DNA of 64,000 bases from Planctomycetota bacterium (GTDB lineage Bacteria > Planctomycetota > J058), in the NCBI GenBank assembly GCA_041402045.1, contig JAWKSZ010000023.1, forward strand, positions 32,837 through 96,836. The letters are read 5' to 3'. A program made the position numbers and the translations under genes. The number at the start of each line of letters is the position of its first letter. Position 1 is the stretch's first letter. Below are positions 57,721-64,000 of this stretch, piece by piece. The notes beneath the pieces are model-generated. The model did no database searches. It saw nothing but the letters and a program-made list of their open reading frames with translations, and had not been told where the DNA came from.

Positions 57721-58869
57721 ATGACCCAGCTCCCCCTGTTCCCCGTGACCACCGTCGGGAGCTGGCCGCGGCCGGCCTGGCTGCGCACGGCGACCAAGCG
57801 CGGCGCCGCGGACCTGCGCGAGCTCCAGGATCAGGCCACGCTGCTCGCGATCAAGTACCAGGAGGACGCCGGGGTCGACCTGGTGACCGACGGCGAGCAG
57901 CGCCGCGACAACTTCTTCTCCTTCGTGGCCGAGCGCGTGGGCGGCATGAAGCTCCTGACCCTGGCGGAGCTGCTCGACTACGTGGAGGACAAGGCCGCCT
58001 TCGAGGCCCTGCTCAGCGCCCTGGACGTGCCCGCCTTCGCGATCAAGAACCCCACCGTCACCGGCAAGCTCCAGCTCGAGCGCTCCCTCGCCGTCGACGA
58101 CGCGCGCTTCCTGCGCGCGCACACCCGCAAGCCGATCAAGGTCGCGCTCCCCGGGCCCTACCTCCTCAGCCGCTCGACCTGGGTCCAGGGGCTCTCGGCG
58201 GAGGCCTACCCCACCCGCGAGGACCTGGCGCACGACGTGGTCGCGCTCCTGCGCCAGGAGCTCCTGGCCCTGGCCGAGCTGGGGGTGGACATGGTGCAGT
58301 TCGACGAGCCGGTGCTGACCGAGCTCGTGTTCACCGGGAAGTCGGCGACCCGCACCTTCATGTGCGCGGCGCTGGCGGCCGCCGCCGAGCCCGAGGACGA
58401 GCTGCGCTTCGCGGTCGAGCTGATCAACCGCGTCGTCGAGGGGGTCTCGGGCGCCGGCGGGCCGATCGTGGGCCTGCACGTGTGCCGCGGGAACTGGAGC
58501 TCGAACGAGGACGTGCTGCTCTCCGGGTCCTACGACGGCCTGCTCCCACACCTCAGCAGAATGCGCGTCGACCAGTTCGTGCTGGAGTACGCCACCCCCC
58601 GCGCCGGGCGGCTGGAGGCCCTCGCGGGGCTGCCCCCGGGCGCCCAGCTCGGGCTGGGGGCCGTCGACCCGCGGACCTCGACCGTCGAGGACCCGGACTG
58701 GATCGCCGCGCGCGCGCGCACCGTGGCCGAGCTGCTGGGCCCCGAGCGGGTGTTCCTCAACCCCGACTGCGGCTTCGCCACCTTCAGCGAGCGCCCGGTC
58801 AACGAGGCGCGGGTGGCGTACCAGAAACTCTGCGCCCTGAGCGCGGCCGCCCGCGCGCTGCGGGGCTGA
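57721..58869 (+). CDS. cobalamin-independent methionine synthase C-terminal-domain-like protein (short MetE family)
   Basis: 382 aa. VGSWPRP, QFDEP, HVCRGNW and NPDCGF motifs. Confidence 0.8.
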   Translation: MTQLPLFPVTTVGSWPRPAWLRTATKRGAADLRELQDQATLLAIKYQEDAGVDLVTDGEQRRDNFFSFVAERVGGMKLLTLAELLDYVEDKAAFEALLSALDVPAFAIKNPTVTGKLQLERSLAVDDARFLRAHTRKPIKVALPGPYLLSRSTWVQGLSAEAYPTREDLAHDVVALLRQELLALAELGVDMVQFDEPVLTELVFTGKSATRTFMCAALAAAAEPEDELRFAVELINRVVEGVSGAGGPIVGLHVCRGNWSSNEDVLLSGSYDGLLPHLSRMRVDQFVLEYATPRAGRLEALAGLPPGAQLGLGAVDPRTSTVEDPDWIAARARTVAELLGPERVFLNPDCGFATFSERPVNEARVAYQKLCALSAAARALRG

Positions 58870-58966
58870 GCGCGGCGGGGACCTCTCACGATCCCGATCC
58901 GGGGTCGCGGAGCGTCTCAGGGCCCCGCGGAGGGCCCTCGTCGCGTGCCGTCCGCGCCGTGGCCGA

Positions 58967-61063
58967 CTACTCGGGGAGCGCGTCCTCGCCGGTGACGGCC
59001 AGGAGCGCCTCCAGCCGCGAGCCGCTCGCGGGGAGGCTCGGCCGGGGCGCGGGCCCCAGGATCGGGGTGTCGTCGCCGGCGAGGGCGGGGGCGGCGTCGC
59101 CCAGGGCGGGGCGCAGGTCGTCGTCGACCTCGAGCCCCCACCACCACTGGCCCCAGGCCAGCTCCTCCCGCAGCCGCTCGGGGGGCACCCCCTCGGGCAC
59201 CCGACGCGCCAGCTCGGGGCGCAGCGCGCGACCCAGGACCTCGCGGTAGAAGCGCGCGGGCTCGCGCTCGATCAGCCCGCGCTCCTGGCCGCGCAGGACC
59301 TCCTCCAGGGAGCGGTGCTCGTCCAGCGCCGGGACGCCGGCCTCGGGCACGGCGCGGTGGCGCTTGAGCTCGAGGTCGACCTCGGTCACCTCGTCGAAGC
59401 GGTCGACCTCGCGTCCGTCCTCGGCGAGCACGGTGTAGCGGCGGGCGACCACCCCCGAGTAGCGCTGATAGACCACGGGGACGGTGGTCTGGCGCTCGGT
59501 CTCGAGGGGCGGCTCGTCGAGGGCCAGCGCGTCGAGCTGCTGCTGCAGCTCCTCGGCGCGCAGATACTCCGTGCTCGAGGTGTCGGGGACCTGCTCGACC
59601 TCGGGGCGCCCGTCCGAGGTCAGGCGCCCGGTGGGCACGTCGATCGTCGGCGTCGACTGCAGGTTGAAGTCGATCTGGTCCTGCAGGTCCTCCATGGCGG
59701 CATACCAGGTGGCGTACTTCGGGTTGGGGACCGTCCAGGTGATCGTGGCCTCGCCCTCGCGGTTGGGCAGGCCCTCCACCCCGTTCACGTCCTGGGTGCG
59801 CACGGTCCAGCGCGCGAACCCCGGGGCGCGCAGCACGTGGGCCGAGCTCAGGTCGGCGCCGCTGCGCCGGGCGAGGGGCGTCCCCTCCAGGACCTCGGGG
59901 GTGTAGCGCACCTGCCCCAGGAGCACCGGGACCAGCGCCTGCGCCAAGCCCTCGGCGTGGGTCGGGGGCTCGACGCGGGCGCCCGTGTGCAGGCGCCAGG
60001 ACAGCCAGCCCCAGGTCCCGGCGAGCACCGGCAGCCCCTCGGCGCGCGCGGCCTCGGCTTGCTCGTGGGCGTGGCTCGCCAGCCGCGGGAGCGCGCTCGC
60101 GAGCAGCCCCGCGGGGGCGTCGGGGTCGAGCCGGGCCCCGCGCTCCAGCGCGCTGGCGTAGCGCACGGTGTCCAGGAACGACGCGGGGGAGCGGGAGCTC
60201 AGCGCCGCCTGCAAGCGGCCTTCCAGGTCGGCCCGCGCCTCCGCCGAGACCAGCGGGCCGCCGAGGGCGACCTCGACCTCCCCGAAGGCGACGTGGCGCA
60301 GCCAGGGCGTGAGGGGGCCCAGGGGCTGTCCCGCCAGGTGCCGCGCGCGGGTGCGGCGCACGAGCTCGTCCCAGGGGACGAAGCCCGCGGGCAAGGGGCC
60401 CTGGAACGTGGCCGTCACCGCGTGTCGTCCGCCGCCGGCGGTCACCAGCAGCTTCCCTGGGCGACCCTCGACCGCGTAGACCGCGCCGCGGACGGGGTGC
60501 ACCGCCTCCAGGCTGCACGCCGCCTGAGTCACCCCTAGATCCGCGAGCTGCGCGGCGAGCTCCAGCCCCGCGGCGAAGCGCGGCTCGACCGCGACCGCGC
60601 GCAGGCGAACCTCGAGGTCGCTGACCGGGCGCTGCGCTTCGAGCAGGAGCTCGACGAACGAGACGCTGGGGTCGTCGACCCGGGCCTGGACCCGGCGCGT
60701 GGTGTGCCAGGCGCTGTCGCCGGTCTCGAGCTCGCCGAAGAACACGGTGACGAGGTCGTCGGCCACCGTGCACTCGAGCACCTGGCCCGCGCGCTTCCAG
60801 GCGTCGAGGGTCTCGCGCCGGAGGCTGGGGTAGGCCGCGGGGTAGGGGTCGCGGGCGTGGGCGGCGCCCACCGTCTTGGGTCGCGGGTCCACACCGAGGA
60901 TCGGCGGGAGGTGGGCCAGCGGCCGCTCCAACACGGCGGCGGCCGAGGGCAGCGCCGTCCAGGCGGCCGGGCCCTGAGGGCGAGGCGGAGGGGCGGTGGA
61001 GGGGGGCGCGCTCTGGCAGGCGACGAGCAGGGCGCTCAGGACGGGCAGGGTACGACGGGCCAT
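58967..61063 (-). CDS. large lipoprotein, hypothetical
   Basis: 698 aa. Lipobox LLVAC. GGAGG 4 nt upstream of the ATG. Confidence 0.7.
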   Translation of the reverse strand: MARRTLPVLSALLVACQSAPPSTAPPPRPQGPAAWTALPSAAAVLERPLAHLPPILGVDPRPKTVGAAHARDPYPAAYPSLRRETLDAWKRAGQVLECTVADDLVTVFFGELETGDSAWHTTRRVQARVDDPSVSFVELLLEAQRPVSDLEVRLRAVAVEPRFAAGLELAAQLADLGVTQAACSLEAVHPVRGAVYAVEGRPGKLLVTAGGGRHAVTATFQGPLPAGFVPWDELVRRTRARHLAGQPLGPLTPWLRHVAFGEVEVALGGPLVSAEARADLEGRLQAALSSRSPASFLDTVRYASALERGARLDPDAPAGLLASALPRLASHAHEQAEAARAEGLPVLAGTWGWLSWRLHTGARVEPPTHAEGLAQALVPVLLGQVRYTPEVLEGTPLARRSGADLSSAHVLRAPGFARWTVRTQDVNGVEGLPNREGEATITWTVPNPKYATWYAAMEDLQDQIDFNLQSTPTIDVPTGRLTSDGRPEVEQVPDTSSTEYLRAEELQQQLDALALDEPPLETERQTTVPVVYQRYSGVVARRYTVLAEDGREVDRFDEVTEVDLELKRHRAVPEAGVPALDEHRSLEEVLRGQERGLIEREPARFYREVLGRALRPELARRVPEGVPPERLREELAWGQWWWGLEVDDDLRPALGDAAPALAGDDTPILGPAPRPSLPASGSRLEALLAVTGEDALPE

Positions 61064-61134
61064 GGAGCCTCCGGGACCCCGAGCCTACGACGGCTCGGCC
61101 GAGGCTGCAGCCCTGCAGCCTCGCGAGCGCGGAG

Positions 61135-62034
61135 TCAGCCGAAGACCTGGGAGCGGGCGCTCTCGGTGATCGCGGCCACGGCGGGGTGGCGCACCTTGCG
61201 CTCGACCGAGATCGCGTAGAAGCGCTCGCGCACGTCTGGGAGCTCGGCGACCTTGCGCACCTGATACTGCCGACGGACCTCGGCCTCGACCACCGTGGGC
61301 ACGGCGAACACGCCGGCTCCGCTCTGGCCGAAGACCTTGAGCACCGCGCTGTCGGCGAACTCGCCCATGACCTCGGGGTGCAGCTCGTTCTGGTCGAGCC
61401 AGCGCTCGAGCTCGTGGCGCAGCGCCGCGTCCGCGGTGGGCAGGAGCATGGGCTCGCCGTTGAGGGTCTCGGGGAACTTCTTCTTCACCCGCGCGGCCAG
61501 CTCGGGCTCCGCGAGCAGCGTGACCGAGCACTCGCCCAGGAGGTGGTTGTAGGCGCGGATCTTGACCGTGGCCGGGATCGGCGTGTCGCCGATCACCACG
61601 TCCAGCTCGTGGGTCGCCAGCCGCGCGAGGAGCTGCTCCGGGCGGCCGACGTGCAGCACCAGCTTCACGGGCTGCTCGAGGGTCCGCACCGGCTGCAGCA
61701 CCTGATAGGCGAGGAGCTTGGGGAAGGCGTCGATCAACCCCACGTGCAGGGTCACGCTGCGGGTGGTGGGCTGGCCGCGCAGCGCTTCGCTCAGCTCGCG
61801 GCCGAGGCTGAAGATCTCGTCGGCGTAGCGGAACACGAGCTGTCCGGTCTCGGTCAGCTCCATGCGTCGGCCCGTGCGCTCGAACAGCGGCTCGCCCACC
61901 ACCTTCTCCAGGGTGCGGATCTGGGCCGAGACCGTCTGCGGCGTGAGGTGCAGCTCCTCGCAGGCGTGCGTAATGCTGCCGTGGCGCGCGGTCGCCCAGA
62001 AGTAGAGGAGGTGGTGGTAGTTCAGCCAGTTCAT
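61135..62034 (-). CDS. LysR-family transcriptional regulator
   Basis: 299 aa. N-terminal HTH (LNYHHLLYFWATARHGSITHACEELHLTPQTVSAQI) and LysR substrate-binding fold. Confidence 0.9.
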   Translation of the reverse strand: MNWLNYHHLLYFWATARHGSITHACEELHLTPQTVSAQIRTLEKVVGEPLFERTGRRMELTETGQLVFRYADEIFSLGRELSEALRGQPTTRSVTLHVGLIDAFPKLLAYQVLQPVRTLEQPVKLVLHVGRPEQLLARLATHELDVVIGDTPIPATVKIRAYNHLLGECSVTLLAEPELAARVKKKFPETLNGEPMLLPTADAALRHELERWLDQNELHPEVMGEFADSAVLKVFGQSGAGVFAVPTVVEAEVRRQYQVRKVAELPDVRERFYAISVERKVRHPAVAAITESARSQVFG

Positions 62035-62070
62035 GCGCTATTGAATATTCTACAAGCCAACCCGCTCAGG

Positions 62071-63414
62071 TCACCCCAGGCCGTATTTCTTCCGCTTGCG
62101 CCAGAACGTGGGGCGGCTCATGCCCAGGAGCGCCGCCGCCTCGCCCACGTGCCCGTGGCTGGCGGCCAGGGCGTCGCGGATCCTGCGGGCCTCGTCGTCG
62201 TGGGGCGCGCGGCGCGCGGGCGCCGGCGCGCCCTCACGAAACTCGGGGGGCAGCTCGCTCAGGAGCAGCTCGGCGCCGCGGCCGACCGCGAACGCGTACT
62301 GCACGACGTTCTTCAGCTCGCGAATGTTGCCCGGCCAGGGGTGGTCCAGGAGCGCGCGCATGGCCTCCGGCGCCACCCGCTCGACGCGGCGTGGACCGTG
62401 GCGGTTGTGCTGGGCGACGAACCGCCACAGGAGCAGCTCGACGTCGCCGCGGCGCTCGCGCAGGGGAGGGATGAACAGGGGCACCACGCGCAGGCGATAC
62501 ATGAGGTCCTCGCGGAAGCGCCCCGCGCGGACCTCGGCGCGCAGCGAGCGGTGGGTCGCCGCCACCACCCGCACGTCCACCGGCAGCGGGCGTGTCCCGC
62601 CGACCGGCGTCAGCTCGCCCTCCTCGAGCACCCGCAGCAGCTTGGCCTGGAGGTCGAGGGGCAGCTCGGCCACCTCGTCCAGGAACAGGGTCCCGCCGTG
62701 GGCGCGCCGGAACAGGCCCTCGTGCGCGTTGACCGCGCCGGTGAAGGCGCCCTTCACGTGTCCAAACAGCTGCGACTCGAGCAGGCTCGGGGCCAGCGCC
62801 GCGCAGTTGACCGCGACGAAGGGCCCGGCGGCGCGCTCGCTCTCGGCGTGCACGGCGCGGGCCACGAGCTCCTTCCCGCTCCCGCTCTCGCCGCGCACCA
62901 GGACCGTGGCGTCGGTGCGGGCCACGTTCTCGACGATCTGGAACACCTCGAGCATGGCCGCGTCGCCGGTGAGCAGCCCGTGGAACTCGGTGCCCTCGCG
63001 CGGGGCTGGCGCGATCGCGGCGGGCGGGTCGCGAGGCGTGAGGACCTCGACCCCGCCGAGGAACGCGCCGTCCTCGGCGAAGAACCCGCGGGCGGTCTTC
63101 GAGACCTGCGCGGTCGAGCCGTCGGCGCGGTAGAGCTCGAGGGGCACGTCCTGCACCGCGCCTCGGGCCTGGATCCCGCAGCCGGCCATGCAGTTGACGC
63201 AGCGGTTGGTCTTCAGGCAGTGGTTGCCGAGGGCCTCCTCGGCGCGGTAGCCGAGCAGGCGCTCGGCGCCCTCGCTCCAGTAGACGACGGTCCGCTCCGC
63301 GTCCACCGCGAAGACCGCGGCGTCGGGGAACAGGCTCGCCAGCCCGTCGAGGACCTGGGGTGCCCCGACCGCGTTCAGGAGGCCTTGCAGCGTGTCCAGC
63401 GCATGTTTCGTCAT
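62071..63414 (-). CDS. sigma-54-dependent transcriptional activator with N-terminal PAS domain (NtrC/Fis family)
   Basis: 447 aa. GESGSGKE Walker A, GAFTGA sigma-54 contact motif, C-terminal Fis-type HTH. Confidence 0.9.
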   Translation of the reverse strand: MTKHALDTLQGLLNAVGAPQVLDGLASLFPDAAVFAVDAERTVVYWSEGAERLLGYRAEEALGNHCLKTNRCVNCMAGCGIQARGAVQDVPLELYRADGSTAQVSKTARGFFAEDGAFLGGVEVLTPRDPPAAIAPAPREGTEFHGLLTGDAAMLEVFQIVENVARTDATVLVRGESGSGKELVARAVHAESERAAGPFVAVNCAALAPSLLESQLFGHVKGAFTGAVNAHEGLFRRAHGGTLFLDEVAELPLDLQAKLLRVLEEGELTPVGGTRPLPVDVRVVAATHRSLRAEVRAGRFREDLMYRLRVVPLFIPPLRERRGDVELLLWRFVAQHNRHGPRRVERVAPEAMRALLDHPWPGNIRELKNVVQYAFAVGRGAELLLSELPPEFREGAPAPARRAPHDDEARRIRDALAASHGHVGEAAALLGMSRPTFWRKRKKYGLG

Positions 63415-63434
63415 GTTTCACGCCAGCGTATCAG

Positions 63435-63464
63435 GGCGGTTCGTGAGGAACAACGAACCGCCCT
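63435..63464. promoter_or_regulatory. perfect 10-bp inverted repeat (gggcggttcg-N10-cgaaccgccc) in a divergent intergenic region
   Basis: Lies between the start of the sigma-54 activator gene and the TSUP permease gene. It cannot terminate either gene. Confidence 0.4.
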
Positions 63465-63550
63465 ATCGAAAGGCCTTACGTCGACGCTGGCTCGGCCCGC
63501 CGAGTGCGTTCTGTGGGGCGTCGGCGAGGCGCCGACACCTGCGAGGGCTC

Positions 63551-64000
63551 ATGGTCTTGGCTTCGATCTGCGGCGCGGCGGTGGGGCTCGTCCTGGGGTT
63601 GCTCGGGGGCGGGGGCAGCGTGCTGGCGATCCCGCTCCTGACCTACGGGCTGGGGCTCGAGGCCAAGCCGGCGGTGGCCACCTCGCTGTTCGTGGTCGGG
63701 GCGGCCGCGCTCGCCGGGTCCGGGTTCCACGCCCGTAGGGGGCGCGTGCGGCTGCGGGTCGCCCTGGCCTTCGGCGTCCTGGGCGCGCTCGGCGGGCTCG
63801 GCGGCGCGCAGCTCGCGCGCTTGCTCTCGGGCCGGGCGCAGCTCGTGCTGTTCTCCGCGATCATGCTCCTGGCCGGCGCGCGCATGCTGCGCGGCGGCAA
63901 GGGGCCGGAGGAGGAGCCCGACGTCGCGGCCGGCGCGGCGGCGAAGCCCGGCTGGGTGATCGCCGCGGCGGCCCTCGCCACCGGCGTCCTCACCGGCGTG
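63551..64000 (+). CDS. TSUP/TauE-SafE family membrane permease (3' partial)
   Basis: Open to window end. Gly-rich TM repeats (GLLGGGGSVLAIPLLTY...). Confidence 0.65.
   Translation, partial: MVLASICGAAVGLVLGLLGGGGSVLAIPLLTYGLGLEAKPAVATSLFVVGAAALAGSGFHARRGRVRLRVALAFGVLGALGGLGGAQLARLLSGRAQLVLFSAIMLLAGARMLRGGKGPEEEPDVAAGAAAKPGWVIAAAALATGVLTGV

Noticed and set aside
61186-63738. 850-aa plus-strand ORF
   Set aside because: It is antisense to the LysR and sigma-54 activator genes. Both sense genes have unambiguous motifs.

Overview
This is a very GC-rich (~70%) bacterial chromosomal window. The repertoire is Myxococcota-like: MglA/MglB, many Ser/Thr-kinase, FHA and TPR proteins, a sigma-54 regulator, and Rho with an N-terminal insertion. 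About 60 protein genes are mostly housekeeping or regulatory. They include a partial Ser/Thr kinase, rluA-family, trmH-family, rho, coaE, an oversized tatC, an HK/RR pair, a VWA protein, a MolR-like WGR/DUF4132 protein, AtuA-like, Pta-like, pcp, rplM-rpsI, an ExeA-like ATPase, an ALDH, a FadB-like protein, a Kv/RCK channel, a TusA/DsrE/OsmC sulfur-carrier trio, a MetE-like protein, UbiB, LysR and an NtrC-like regulator. Four regions stand out. (i) A five-gene cluster at 35.9-40.0 kb encodes an MglA-family GTPase with a C-terminal PEPK-repeat linker and transmembrane anchor, three Roadblock/LC7-domain proteins (one a clear MglB orthologue, one fused to TPRs) and an HExxH membrane protease. (ii) A lower-GC ~4.8 kb islet lies next to a tRNA-His gene, is flanked by 36-bp direct repeats, carries an excisionase-like HTH, a DUF4145 (reported HEPN-like) protein and a zinc-ribbon/TM2 membrane protein, and has no integrase. 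(iii) A ~700-bp mosaic array of palindromic repeats sits immediately downstream of rpsI, whose stop codon is missing. (iv) Several apparent single-base frame or start/stop defects occur in essential genes (tatC, rpsI, coaE, a GT-C/TPR gene). Together they suggest assembly indel errors that should be checked before biological interpretation. The tRNA-His as folded by hand has no encoded G-1, a G1-U72 pair and A73, which is the atypical alphaproteobacterial-type configuration.
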